A stretch of DNA of 64,000 nucleotides from Auanema rhodensis (GCA_964057225.1 OZ059894.1:16368001-16432000), one strand, 5' to 3'; counted from the first letter of the stretch, positions 27,013 through 41,198 are shown. The notes: generated from the letters alone by a model not told the origin. Made by a program: numbers and translations.

Positions 27013-28704
27013 ATGCCTGGTCCACTTTCTACCATCGGTACGGGAATTCTTCAAACTCATGTCACGCTTGAAGATGTTCAAGAAGCTATTCAGAAATCTT
27101 TGAACACTACAGCCACTTTTGGCCCTAAATTAGAAATTAAAAACATAGGAGAAGGAATTGTAAGTCAATATTAATATTAATATTTATGTTATTTTGTATT
27201 TCTAGGGTTATTATTCTCGTATTTGTCTTATGAAACCTGACTGGCAAAATCCAACCCCTAATCTTCCACCTTATTTTGTTGTTAAGGTTTAACATAATAT
27301 TATCTTCTACAGTATATATATTTATGATTAATTGAAGATTATTAGCCAGCTAGCTATGATTGAAGCTGATGGTTACAGTGCCGTTACTGATTTCCTTGAA
27401 TTGAAAAGCCCAGGGGTAAATAGTTGAAAGTTCTTCAAAATGACACAAAACAATTTCAGTTTCTTTTAACTGAAATTGCTTCATATGAACTGTTCACCAA
27501 GTATGCCCCAGGTCAATTACCTTTAGGAAAAGTAAGTTTTAGTATGGTGAATATGAAATTATTATGTGGTTTGTTAGTTGTTAGGCTATAAAAAGCTGGA
27601 TGAAGATAATAACTCTAAAGGATTTTTCATTATGGATTATATTGAAGATTTGACTCCAATTCATTTGTTTGATGATTTAAATCTTGAAAATACTGATGAG
27701 GTTTTTCATAATTATCGAAAAAGGAAATACAAATTTGTATTCAGGTTATTAGGGCTATTGCTAAGATGCAGGCAATCGGTTGTAAATTCACCGAAAAAGA
27801 AAGAGCTCCATTTCCACTGCAGACATTTTCAGTTACATTTGGATTGGATGTTTGCCTAGCTGTAAGATATTAGTTTTTTTTTCTTTTCAAAATGGGAATT
27901 GAAGACATGTAATCAAACAATAGAAGGATTGAAAGAGGTTGATCATCCACAAGTCAAAAGTTTACTCGGAGATTTGGAAACATCCATTAAACGAAGAATC
28001 ACACAAGAGGAATTGGAATATTTCGACAACATTTGTGAAAATTTGAGTATGATAACACGTTATGTTTGAACATTTGAACATCATACCTTTTATTATAGAT
28101 ATTAAACGTGTTTTTGGTCATTGTGATCTCTGGAGCCCTAATGTTCTTTGGACAAAGAAATCAAATGGTGAATTATCTTTAAAAGCTATTGTTGATTTTC
28201 AAGTAAGAAATAATAATTTTATAAAATATAATAAAGAAATATCTTATAGTTGGCATCATTCTGTAACCCTGTTATTGATATTATTGTTTTTCTCATATGT
28301 AATCTAACAGCCGAAACACGTCGTCAAAATTGGAAGAACATTTTGAAAAACTTTTCGGAATATTTGAAACAAGAAACTGGTGGTGAAGAACCATTTACTC
28401 AGAAACAGGTGAATTCAAGTTCTAAATTCATTCTTATAATGATTTTATAGCTGGAATATTGTTACTTACGTTGTTTCCCACTGTTGGTTTTCATGGTTTT
28501 CGCAATGGTTGGTCCCATATACTTAAGTGAGCTGAAAGCTCATCCTGATGATACGGAAAAAGTGAATTTCTTCAATTTCATAAACAAAATAATTATTTTT
28601 ACTATTTACAGGTTAATAATGTTTTTGAAAAGAAACTCATTTCTACATTACTTGATGCAATTGAGATTGATAAACAAATTGAAAATGGCCAAATTAAACT
28701 TTAA
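27013..28704 (+). CDS. DUF1679 / EcKinase-like (choline-kinase fold) protein, gene A, 11 exons, intact
   Basis: Starts MPGPLSTIGTGILQTHVTLEDVQEAIQKSL..GEGIGYYSRICLMKPDW; catalytic HCDLWSPN and DFQ motifs; open through all 11 exons to ..GQIKL*. Confidence 0.9.
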
Positions 28705-29114
28705 AATGTTTCAAATCTTAAATTGAAGTCTTATAAATAAGAATATTCTTGTTATCTTTACCCTGTTCGTGAAATAAATATTCCTTTTTGTGATTAATTA
28801 TTCAAAATAATCAGTTTATGAAGTTTTGTGATCAGAGCTATAACATATTCATATAATAATATATGAATGAATACACATTTTATCTTATCATTAAAAATTA
28901 TTTTAAACCGGAAATCATTGTTTTTTAAAAAAACAAATAAACATTATACTTTTTAGAAATATGAAACAACATATAATAAACCATAGATGTCTTCTATTCA
29001 TGGAAACATTGTACTTATCAAAGTATTTTATTCAATTATCAGGTTAATATTCATTCCTGAGCTTAAGTTTTATATACAATCAGTACATGTTTAATTTTCA
29101 TTTCTAGATCGTAC

Positions 29115-31411
29115 CTACAGTTTCCAATGAATGTTGGAATCCTCCATCAAAGCAACCAGTTTTTCAATTATGTTATGATCCTACAAAAATTTAAAATCTT
29201 GAATGAAATTGAATAAAATTTTCTTGCCGAAATGATAACTTCTGGGTTAATTTGCTTGAGATACTTCATTATAGATGGAACAAAAGGGACTATGAGACCA
29301 GCCACAAGTGGGATAAATATCTTATAACTTTCTTCCAACTTAAGTTTTAAAATAATTAGAAAATGATAGTTGAATGATGAAACTTACTTGTTCGTATGTG
29401 TATGGCATTTCACCTTCAACTTCTTCTTTCAAGTACCCATAGAATGTTTCCAGAAGCTCCTTCCAGTGTTTCCTGCGATCAGCACAACTCAGCGTAGAAC
29501 ACAATAAACATGAAATATCAACAGCAACACAAGCAAACGAAGAGATCTGAATTTCCATAAGTTTATAAAGTTTTGGCTTTTTTCTGTTATTCCCCCCCCC
29601 TCGCTAGGCTCCGCCTCTTCTGCCGAAACGCGCGCAGTTTTACAACCTGGGGATGGAATAAACTCTAAACCATCCTCGCGCACAACTTCCAGACTCCAGG
29701 GGTCTGGGGGTATAACCCCAATGGAAAAAGTTACTTAAATAAACATTTTTAATCTATAAATCAGCTTTATTCTCTCTCTCTCTCCCTCTCGCATAAAAAG
29801 TACAATATCTTCAAAAATGATATCAAATAGGTATTTTTGATTGTTCCGTCTTCTCCACACAAAAACTTTCATAACCCTTTTAAAACATGTGAACTTTGTA
29901 CTTCTTTCCATTGGGGTTGAACTTCTCCCCACTGGGGGAGACCCCCCAGACCCCTGGAGTCTGGAAGTTGTGCGCGAGGATGGTTTAGAGTTTATTCCAT
30001 CCCCAGGTTGTAAAACTGCGCGCGTTTCGGCAGAAGAGGCGGAGCCTAGCGAGAGGGGGGGGGGAATAACAGAAAAGAACTAAATTTTTTGAAAAACAAA
30101 AAATACCTGGAAATCAATATGTGCTTTCACATTCACATTTTCGTTCACTTTGCTCCATAGGATGTTTGCACTCCATAAATCTCCATGACAGAATACACGC
30201 TTCATACCTACAATTATTAAGAATCAATAATCTCTGAAGACTTAAGATTAACCAAGAGTGTCAGGCATGTTATCCATTTTTTCATAAAATGATTTTCCTA
30301 TAAAGGATTTCAAATTATCGAAGAATTCATTTATGGTCTCTTCGTGTTCTGGCCCGCACATATTCTTAATATCATTTTTCATTTCCCGTAGCATCTGAGA
30401 AACATCAGTTTGAATGATTGAATAACTTATAATTCAGAGTTTACATCTTCTTTGTACATATCACCAAATGTTTCGGACAAATATTTAGTGGTAAAGGTAC
30501 TTCTTTCCTCATCAGTGAATCTCTCTCCTATTCCCTCCCAGATTGCCACAGATCGTAGACACTGAAAATTAAAAATTAGTTTTTAAAACTTTATGAAAAT
30601 TCAAAACCTGTTTTACAGCATCAATAGTAACGTTGTTAGTATAATGGTATGGTGTCAACTCATCAAAGTATTCCATGATTAAGAATCCTTTGAGTGTATT
30701 AACTTCATCGAATTTACGACTGGCATAAATCTGAAAAAATATTTTAGAATTACGAAATAGAAGGAATGAAAATCAACCGTTTCAATTGAATTTGAAAATG
30801 AAAATAAAATTGGTGATTCACGTCAACGCGTCTTCACGCGAACGCGTGTTTACGTGAAATATGCTAATCAGACCAACCTTTGGAAGAGGAATTCTGCCTT
30901 CGTCGTATTTCTTTAGTAAATTGTAAGTATTAACTTCATTGTTATGAACCTAAAAATCAAAATTCTTTATCAACAAACTTATTTATCATCATTACCCTTG
31001 TGCATGCTTGTTCAATGCATTTAGCCATAGCTGTTGCCTCAGTTCCATTGAGATGGCTGCTGAACTCGATAGCCGTGATGGGAGTACAAATCTATAGTAT
31101 AGACAAGATTAATTATAAATTCAAATAGTTAAGGAAATACTTTTAGAACAAAAGCCTTGGGAAGATCTTCAGAAACATTCTGCCAATCGGGATTGATCAG
31201 ACATGTACGAGACATCATTCCCTAAAGATCATATTAATACAAAATTCTGAACAAGAAGATGAATTACATTTCCTTCGCCAATGTTCTTAAATGATTTTTC
31301 TGATCCAAATGTGGCTTTAGTGCCCAAAGCACTTTGCATTTCCTGTTCAACTTCATCCCAATGCAAATGGGTATCAGCAATACCATCAGATTTTTGTGCA
31401 AAAGCAGACAT
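29115..31411 (-). CDS. DUF1679 / EcKinase-like protein, gene B copy 1, intact
   Basis: CTTCAG-AAC-ATG start; MSAFAQKSDGIADTHLHWDEVEQ, HNNE, HGDLWSAN, HIDFQ motifs; ends ..SNIHWKL*. Intron 8 holds a MITE; intron 10 needs a GC donor. Confidence 0.9.
29575..30080. mobile_element. Non-autonomous long-TIR element (Mutator-like MITE), copy 1; interior inverted relative to copies 2-4
   Basis: ~135-bp GC-rich TIRs; 9-bp TSD TAAA(G/T)TTTT; absent from the homologous 46-nt intron of genes C and D. Superfamily inferred from TSD length and long TIRs only. Confidence 0.85.
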
Positions 31412-31675
31412 GTTCTGAAGAGAAAATTGAATTGAATAGAGTTGAGAATGGAACAATACAGTTATGATTAAGAGTATAAAACATATAGTTTGATTAATGG
31501 AATAATTTCCTTTTTATATAAAAAAAGATTTTTCTGAAGAGTTCAAGTTCATGTTTAGAGAGAAAGAGAGATGAATTGAAACTATAGTTGATTTGAGAGA
31601 CAACAGACATTTGTGATAATATTGCAGAATTGTCTGTACGATTGTGCAATAACCCGTCATAGGTTTCAATGAACG

Positions 31676-32838
31676 TTGTGATCTCTGGAGCCCTAATGTT
31701 CTTTGGACAAAGAAATCAAATGGTGAATTATCTTTAAAAGCTATTGTTGATTTTCAAGTAAGAAATAATAATTTTATAAAATATAATAAAGAAATATCGG
31801 GGCTGGTTTAGTAGTTGCCACCCCCCATTTTCATGTTTTCCCTATGCTAATTTCGGCGGTAGCGGGATCCGATCTTATAAGTTAGGATTAATAACCCGTA
31901 CCACTGCCGACTACGCTATAACCGTCATCGTTTAGCTTGCTAGGGTATGCTATATGCAAATGATGTTGCGCTAATGTAAAAACGGCGTATTTTCACTTCT
32001 TTTGGATTCAAAATAAATCTGCACGCAGTAGAAAAATTAAAAAAAAAGTCGTTAGTTTAAAATATTGTCATTAATTCGAAAAATGAAATAGTTTCTTATT
32101 TTCTGAATCTTATTTTGATATTTAAGTATGCTTCTATACATCTGGGGGGGATACCCCCCCAGACCCCCCGGGTTTGACATTGGGCACTCCCGCTGTATTA
32201 GATTTATATGCAGTGCCCAAAAACAAACTTTCTGATAAAATCTAAACTTTTTCGTATCATCTTCTTATTATTATTCAGAAAACTTTAATTATTCTGATAA
32301 AATTTTGATCGAGCGCATTAGCATACGGCATGCGCCACAGAGGGGGGTGGCATCTACTAAACAAGCGCCGAAATATCTTATAGTTGGCATCATTCTGTAA
32401 CCCTGTTATTGATATTATTGTTTTTCTCATATGTAATCTAACAGCCGAAACACGTCGTCAAAATTGGAAGAACATTTTGAAAAACTTTTCGGAATATTTG
32501 AAACAAGAAACTGGTGGTGAAGAACCATTTACTCAGAAACAGGTGAATTCAAGTTCTAAATTCATTCTTATAATGATTTTATAGCTGGAATATTGTTACT
32601 TACGTTGTTTCCCACTGTTGGTTTTCATGGTTTTCGCAATGGTTGGTCCCATATACTTAAGTGAGCTGAAAGCTCATCCTGATGATACGGAAAAAGTGAA
32701 TTTCTTCAATTTCATAAACAAAATAATTATTTTTACTATTTACAGGTTAATAATGTTTTTGAAAAGAAACTCATTTCTACATTACTTGATGCAATTGAGA
32801 TTGATAAACAAATTGAAAATGGCCAAATTAAACTTTAA
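31676..32838 (+). pseudogene. 5'-truncated copy of gene A (mid exon 8 to exon 11), interrupted by a MITE
   Basis: Begins at CDLWSPN; lacks exons 1-7 and an in-frame ATG. Confidence 0.85.
31799..32369. mobile_element. 571-bp MITE, probably Merlin superfamily
   Basis: Perfect 8-bp TSD GAAATATC (31791-31798, 32370-32377); 28-bp imperfect TIRs starting GG (GGGGCTGGTTTAGTAGTTGCCACCCCCC vs rc GGCGCTTGTTTAGTAGATGCCACCCCCC); empty site in the four sister repeats. Confidence 0.85.
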
Positions 32839-33248
32839 AATGTTTCAAATCTTAAATTGAAGTCTTATAAATAAGAATATTCTTGTTATCTTTACCCTGT
32901 TCGTGAAATAAATATTCCTTTTTGTGATTAATTATTCAAAATAATCAGTTTATGAAGTTTTGTGATCAGAGCTATAACATATTCATATAATAATATATGA
33001 ATGAATACACATTTTATCTTATCATTAAAAATTATTTTAAACCGGAAATCATTGTTTTTTAAAAAAACAAATAAACATTATACTTTTTAGAAATATGAAA
33101 CAACATATAATAAACCATAGATGTCTTCTATTCATGGAAACATTGTACTTATCAAAGTATTTTATTCAATTATCAGGTTAATATTCATTCCTGAGCTTAA
33201 GTTTTATATACAATCAGTACATGTTTAATTTTCATTTCTAGATCGTAC

Positions 33249-33999
33249 CTACAGTTTCCAATGAATGTTGGAATCCTCCATCAAAGCAACCAGTTTTTCA
33301 ATTATGTTATGATCCTACAAAAATTTAAAATCTTGAATGAAATTGAATAAAATTTTCTTGCCGAAATGATAACTTCTGGGTTAATTTGCTTGAGATACTT
33401 CATTGTAGATGGAACAAAAGGAACTATGAGACCAGCCGCAAGTGGGATAAATATCTTATAACTTTCTTCCAACTTAAGTTTTAAAATAATTAGAAAATCA
33501 TAGTTAAATGATGAAACTTACTTGTTCGTATGTGTATGGCATTCCACCTTCAACTTCTTCTTTCAAGTACCCATAGAATGTTTCCAGAAGTTCCTTCCAG
33601 TGTTTCCTACGATCAGCACCACTCAGCGTAGAACACAATAAACATAAAATATCAACAGCAACACAAGCAAACGAAGAGTTCTGAATTTCCATAAGTTTAT
33701 AAATTTTTGGCATTTTTCTGTTATTCCCCCCCCCCCTCGCTAGGCTCCGCCTCTTCTGCCGAAACGCGCGCAGTTTTACAACCTGGGGATAGAATAAACT
33801 CTAAACCATCCTCGCGCACAACTTCCAGACTCCAGGGGTCGGGGGGGTCTTCCCCAGTGGGAAGAAGTTCAACCCCAATGGAAAGAAGTACAAAGTTCAC
33901 ATGTTTTAAAAGGGTTATGAAAGTTTTTGTGTGGAGAAGACGTAGAGGAATAATCAAAAATACCTATTTGATATCATTTTTGAAGATATTGTACTTTTT

Positions 34000-34040
<41 letters not shown>

Positions 34041-35568
34041 AAGCTGATTTATAGATTAAAAATGTTTATTTAAGTAACTTTTCCCATTGGGGTTATACCC
34101 CCAGACCCCTTGAGTCTGGAAGTTGTGCGCGAGGATGGTTTAGAGTTTATTCCATCCCCAGGTTGTAAAACTGCGCGCGTTTCGGCAGAAGAGGCGGAGC
34201 CTAGCGAGAGGGGGGGGGGGAAATAACAGAAAAGAACTAAATTTTTTGAAAAACAAAAAATACCTGGAAATCAATATGTGCTTTCACATTCACATTTTCG
34301 TTCACTTTGCTCCATAGGATGTTTGCACTCCATAAATCTCCATGACAGAATACACGCTTCATACCTACAATTATTAAGAATCAATAATCTCTGAAGACTT
34401 AAGATTAACCAAGAGTGTCAGGCATGTTATCCATTTTTTCATAAAATGATTTTCCTATAAAGGATTTCAAATTATCGAAGAATTCATTTATGGTCTCTTC
34501 GTGTTCTGGCCCGCACATATTCTTAATATCATTTTTCATTTCCCGTAGCATCTGAGAAACATCAGTTTGAATGATTGAATAACTTATAATTCAGAGTTTA
34601 CATCTTCTTTGTACATATCACCAAATGTTTCGGACAAATATTTAGTGGTAAAGGTACTTCTTTCCTCATCAGTGAATCTCTCTCCTATTCCCTCCCAGAT
34701 TGCCACAGATCGTAGACACTGAAAATTAAAAATTAATTTTTAAAACTTTATGAAAATTCAAAACCTGTTTTACAGCATCAATAGTAACGTTGCTAGTAAG
34801 ATGGTATGGTGTCAACTCATCAAAGTATTCCATGATTAAGAATCCTTTGAGTGTATTAACTTCATCGAATTTACGACTGGCATAAATCTGAAAAAATATT
34901 TTAGAATTACGAAATAGAAGGAATGAAAATCAACCGTTTCAATTGAATTTGAAAATGAAAATAAAATTGTCAATTCACGTCAACGCGTCTTCACGCGAAC
35001 GCGTGTTTACGTGAAATATGCTAATCAGACCAACCTTTGTAAGAGGAATTCTGCCTTCGTCGTATTTCTTTAGTAAATTGTAAGTATTAACTTCATTGTT
35101 ATGAACCTAAAAATCAAAATTCTTTATCAACAAACTTATTTATCATCATTACCCTTCTGTATGCTTGTTCAACGCATTCAGCCATAGCTGTTGCCTCAGT
35201 TCCATTGAGATGGCTGCTGAACTCGATAGCCGTGATGGGAGTACAAATCTATAGTATAGACAAGATTAATTATAAATTCAAATAGTTAAGGAAATACTTT
35301 TAGAACAAAAGCCTTGGGAAGATCTTCAGAAACATTCTGCCAATCGGGATTGATCAGACATGTACGAGACATCATTCCCTAAAGATCATATTAATACAAA
35401 ATTCTGAACAAGAAGATGAATTACATTTCCTTCGCCAATGTTCTTAAATGATTTTTCTGATCCAAATGTGGCTTTAGTGCCCAAGGCACTTTGCATTTCC
35501 TGTTCAACTTCATCCCAATGCAAATGGGTATCAGCAATACCATCAGATTTTTGTGCAAAAGCAGACAT
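33249..35568 (-). CDS. DUF1679 / EcKinase-like protein, gene B copy 2, intact
   Basis: Same 11-exon structure as B1; several amino-acid differences; no stop or frameshift seen. Confidence 0.88.
33709..34237. mobile_element. Mutator-like MITE, copy 2
   Basis: Same TIRs; perfect TAAATTTTT TSD; internal (GA)n. Confidence 0.85.
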
Positions 35569-35832
35569 GTTCTGAAGAGAAAATTGAATTGAATAGAGTT
35601 GAGAATGGAACAATACAGTTATGATTAAGAGTATAAAACATATAGTTTGATTAATGGAATAATTTCCTTTTTATATAAAAAAAGATTTTTCTGAAGAGTT
35701 CAAGTTCATGTTTAGAGAGAAAGAGAGATGAATTGAAACTATAGTTGATTTGAGAGACAACAGACATTTGTGATAATATTGCAGAATTGTCTGTACGATT
35801 GTGCAATAACCCGTCATAGGTTTCAATGAACG

Positions 35833-36416
35833 TTGTGATCTCTGGAGCCCTAATGTTCTTTGGACAAAGAAATCAAATGGTGAATTATCTTTAAAAGCTA
35901 TTGTTGATTTTCAAGTAAGAAATAATAATTTTATAAAATATAATAAAGAAATATCTTATAGTTGGCATCATTCTGTAACCCTGTTATTGATATTATTGTT
36001 TTTCTCATATGTAATCTAACAGCCGAAACACGTCGTCAAAATTGGAAGAACATTTTGAAAAACTTTTCGGAATATTTGAAACAAGAAACTGGTGGTGAAG
36101 AACCATTTACTCAGAAACAGGTGAATTCAAGTTCTAAATTCATTCTTATAATGATTTTATAGCTGGAATATTGTTACTTACGTTGTTTCCCACTGTTGGT
36201 TTTCATGGTTTTCGCAATGGTTGGTCCCATATACTTAAGTGAGCTGAAAGCTCATCCTGATGATACGGAAAAAGTGAATTTCTTCAATTTCATAAACAAA
36301 ATAATTATTTTTACTATTTACAGGTTAATAATGTTTTTGAAAAGAAACTCATTTCTACATTACTTGATGCAATTGAGATTGATAAACAAATTGAAAATGG
36401 CCAAATTAAACTTTAA
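35833..36416 (+). pseudogene. 5'-truncated copy of gene A
   Basis: Matches 28121-28704. Confidence 0.85.
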
Positions 36417-36826
36417 AATGTTTCAAATCTTAAATTGAAGTCTTATAAATAAGAATATTCTTGTTATCTTTACCCTGTTCGTGAAATAAATATTCCTTTT
36501 TGTGATTAATTATTCAAAATAATCAGTTTATGAAGTTTTGTGATCAGAGCTATAACATATTCATATAATAATATATGAATGAATACACATTTTATCTTAT
36601 CATTAAAAATTATTTTAAACCGGAAATCATTGTTTTTTAAAAAAACAAATAAACATTATACTTTTTAGAAATATGAAACAACATATAATAAACCATAGAT
36701 GTCTTCTATTCATGGAAACATTGTACTTATCAAAGTATTTTATTCAATTATCAGGTTAATATTCATTCCTGAGCTTAAGTTTTATATACAATCAGTACAT
36801 GTTTAATTTTCATTTCTAGATCGTAC

Positions 36827-37576
36827 CTACAGTTTCCAATGAATGTTGGAATCCTCCATCAAAGCAACCAGTTTTTCAATTATGTTATGATCCTACAAAA
36901 ATTTAAAATCTTGAATGAAATTGAATAAAATTTTCTTGCCGAAATGATAACTTCTGGGTTAATTTGCTTGAGATACTTCATTGTAGATGGAACAAAAGGA
37001 ACTATGAGACCAGCCGCAAGTGGGATAAATATCTTATAACTTTCTTCCAACTTAAGTTTTAAAATAATTAGAAAATCATAGTTAAATGATGAAACTTACT
37101 TGTTCGTATGTGTATGGCATTCCACCTTCAACTTCTTCTTTCAAGTACCCATAGAATGTTTCCAGAAGTTCCTTCCAGTGTTTCCTACGATCAGCACCAC
37201 TCAGCGTAGAACACAATAAACATAAAATATCAACAGCAACACAAGCAAACGAAGAGTTCTGAATTTCCATAAGTTTATAAATTTTTGGCATTTTTCTGTT
37301 ATTCCCCCCCCCCTCGCTAGGCTCCGCCTCTTCTGCCGAAACGCGCGCAGTTTTACAACCTGGGGATAGAATAAACTCTAAACCATCCTCGCGCACAACT
37401 TCCAGACTCCAGGGGTCGGGGGGGTCTTCCCCAGTGGGAAGAAGTTCAACCCCAATGGAAAGAAGTACAAAGTTCACATGTTTTAAAAGGGTTATGAAAG
37501 TTTTTGTGTGGAGAAGACGTAGAGGAATAATCAAAAATACCTATTTGATATCATTTTTGAAGATATTGTACTTTTT

Positions 37577-37617
<41 letters not shown>

Positions 37618-39145
37618 AAGCTGATTTATAGATTAAAAATGTTTATTTAAGTAACTTTTCCCATTGGGGTTATACCCCCAGACCCCTTGAGTCTGGAAGT
37701 TGTGCGCGAGGATGGTTTAGAGTTTATTCCATCCCCAGGTTGTAAAACTGCGCGCGTTTCGGCAGAAGAGGCGGAGCCTAGCGAGAGGGGGGGGGGGAAA
37801 TAACAGAAAAGAACTAAATTTTTTGAAAAACAAAAAATACCTGGAAATCAATATGTGCTTTCACATTCACATTTTCGTTCACTTTGCTCCATAGGATGTT
37901 TGCACTCCATAAATCTCCATGACAGAATACACGCTTCATACCTACAATTATTAAGAATCAATAATCTCTGAAGACTTAAGATTAACCAAGAGTGTCAGGC
38001 ATGTTATCCATTTTTTCATAAAATGATTTTCCTATAAAGGATTTCAAATTATCGAAGAATTCATTTATGGTCTCTTCGTGTTCTGGCCCGCACATATTCT
38101 TAATATCATTTTTCATTTCCCGTAGCATCTGAGAAACATCAGTTTGAATGATTGAATAACTTATAATTCAGAGTTTACATCTTCTTTGTACATATCACCA
38201 AATGTTTCGGACAAATATTTAGTGGTAAAGGTACTTCTTTCCTCATCAGTGAATCTCTCTCCTATTCCCTCCCAGATTGCCACAGATCGTAGACACTGAA
38301 AATTAAAAATTAATTTTTAAAACTTTATGAAAATTCAAAACCTGTTTTACAGCATCAATAGTAACGTTGCTAGTAAGATGGTATGGTGTCAACTCATCAA
38401 AGTATTCCATGATTAAGAATCCTTTGAGTGTATTAACTTCATCGAATTTACGACTGGCATAAATCTGAAAAAATATTTTAGAATTACGAAATAGAAGGAA
38501 TGAAAATCAACCGTTTCAATTGAATTTGAAAATGAAAATAAAATTGTCAATTCACGTCAACGCGTCTTCACGCGAACGCGTGTTTACGTGAAATATGCTA
38601 ATCAGACCAACCTTTGTAAGAGGAATTCTGCCTTCGTCGTATTTCTTTAGTAAATTGTAAGTATTAACTTCATTGTTATGAACCTAAAAATCAAAATTCT
38701 TTATCAACAAACTTATTTATCATCATTACCCTTCTGTATGCTTGTTCAACGCATTCAGCCATAGCTGTTGCCTCAGTTCCATTGAGATGGCTGCTGAACT
38801 CGATAGCCGTGATGGGAGTACAAATCTATAGTATAGACAAGATTAATTATAAATTCAAATAGTTAAGGAAATACTTTTAGAACAAAAGCCTTGGGAAGAT
38901 CTTCAGAAACATTCTGCCAATCGGGATTGATCAGACATGTACGAGACATCATTCCCTAAAGATCATATTAATACAAAATTCTGAACAAGAAGATGAATTA
39001 CATTTCCTTCGCCAATGTTCTTAAATGATTTTTCTGATCCAAATGTGGCTTTAGTGCCCAAGGCACTTTGCATTTCCTGTTCAACTTCATCCCAATGCAA
39101 ATGGGTATCAGCAATACCATCAGATTTTTGTGCAAAAGCAGACAT
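36827..39145 (-). CDS. DUF1679 / EcKinase-like protein, gene B copy 3, intact
   Basis: Apparently identical to B2 apart from homopolymer length in the intronic MITE. Confidence 0.88.
37287..37814. mobile_element. Mutator-like MITE, copy 3
   Basis: As copy 2. Confidence 0.85.
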
Positions 39146-39409
39146 GTTCTGAAGAGAAAATTGAATTGAATAGAGTTGAGAATGGAACAATACAGTTATG
39201 ATTAAGAGTATAAAACATATAGTTTGATTAATGGAATAATTTCCTTTTTATATAAAAAAAGATTTTTCTGAAGAGTTCAAGTTCATGTTTAGAGAGAAAG
39301 AGAGATGAATTGAAACTATAGTTGATTTGAGAGACAACAGACATTTGTGATAATATTGCAGAATTGTCTGTACGATTGTGCAATAACCCGTCATAGGTTT
39401 CAATGAACG

Positions 39410-39993
39410 TTGTGATCTCTGGAGCCCTAATGTTCTTTGGACAAAGAAATCAAATGGTGAATTATCTTTAAAAGCTATTGTTGATTTTCAAGTAAGAAAT
39501 AATAATTTTATAAAATATAATAAAGAAATATCTTATAGTTGGCATCATTCTGTAACCCTGTTATTGATATTATTGTTTTTCTCATATGTAATCTAACAGC
39601 CGAAACACGTCGTCAAAATTGGAAGAACATTTTGAAAAACTTTTCGGAATATTTGAAACAAGAAACTGGTGGTGAAGAACCATTTACTCAGAAACAGGTG
39701 AATTCAAGTTCTAAATTCATTCTTATAATGATTTTATAGCTGGAATATTGTTACTTACGTTGTTTCCCACTGTTGGTTTTCATGGTTTTCGCAATGGTTG
39801 GTCCCATATACTTAAGTGAGCTGAAAGCTCATCCTGATGATACGGAAAAAGTGAATTTCTTCAATTTCATAAACAAAATAATTATTTTTACTATTTACAG
39901 GTTAATAATGTTTTTGAAAAGAAACTCATTTCTACATTACTTGATGCAATTGAGATTGATAAACAAATTGAAAATGGCCAAATTAAACTTTAA
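39410..39993 (+). pseudogene. 5'-truncated copy of gene A
   Basis: Matches 28121-28704. Confidence 0.85.
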
Positions 39994-40403
39994 AATGTTT
40001 CAAATCTTAAATTGAAGTCTTATAAATAAGAATATTCTTGTTATCTTTACCCTGTTCGTGAAATAAATATTCCTTTTTGTGATTAATTATTCAAAATAAT
40101 CAGTTTATGAAGTTTTGTGATCAGAGCTATAACATATTCATATAATAATATATGAATGAATACACATTTTATCTTATCATTAAAAATTATTTTAAACCGG
40201 AAATCATTGTTTTTTAAAAAAACAAATAAACATTATACTTTTTAGAAATATGAAACAACATATAATAAACCATAGATGTCTTCTATTCATGGAAACATTG
40301 TACTTATCAAAGTATTTTATTCAATTATCAGGTTAATATTCATTCCTGAGCTTAAGTTTTATATACAATCAGTACATGTTTAATTTTCATTTCTAGATCG
40401 TAC

Positions 40404-41151
40404 CTACAGTTTCCAATGAATGTTGGAATCCTCCATCAAAGCAACCAGTTTTTCAATTATGTTATGATCCTACAAAAATTTAAAATCTTGAATGAAATTG
40501 AATAAAATTTTCTTGCCGAAATGATAACTTCTGGGTTAATTTGCTTGAGATACTTCATTATAGATGGAACAAAAGGGACTATGAGAGCAGCCACAAGTGG
40601 GATAAATATCTTATAACTTTCTTCCAACTTAAGTTTTAAAATAATTAGAAAATCATAGTTGAATGATAAAACTTACTTGTTCGTATGTGTATGGCATTTC
40701 ACCTTCAACTTCTTCTTTCAAGTATCCATAGAATGTTTCCAGAAGTTCCTTCCAGTGTTTCCTACGATCAGCACCACTCAGCGTAGAACACAATAAACGT
40801 GAAATATCAACAGCAACACAAGCAAACGAAGAGATCTGAATTTCCATAAGTTTATAAATTTTTGGCTTTTTTCTGTTATTCCCCCCCCTCGCTAGGCTCC
40901 GCCTCTTCTGCCGAAACGCGCGCAGTTTTACAACCTGGGGATGGAATAAACTCTAAACCATCCTCGCGCACAACTTCCAGACTCCAGGGGTCTGGGGGGT
41001 CTCCCCCAGTGGGGAGAAGTTCAACCCCAATGGAAAGAAGTACAAAGTTCACATGTTTTAAAAGGGTTATGAAAGTTTTTGTGTGGAGAAGACGTAGAGG
41101 AATAATCAAAAATACCTATTTGATATCATTTTTGAAGATATTGTACTTTTT

Positions 41152-41198
<47 letters not shown>

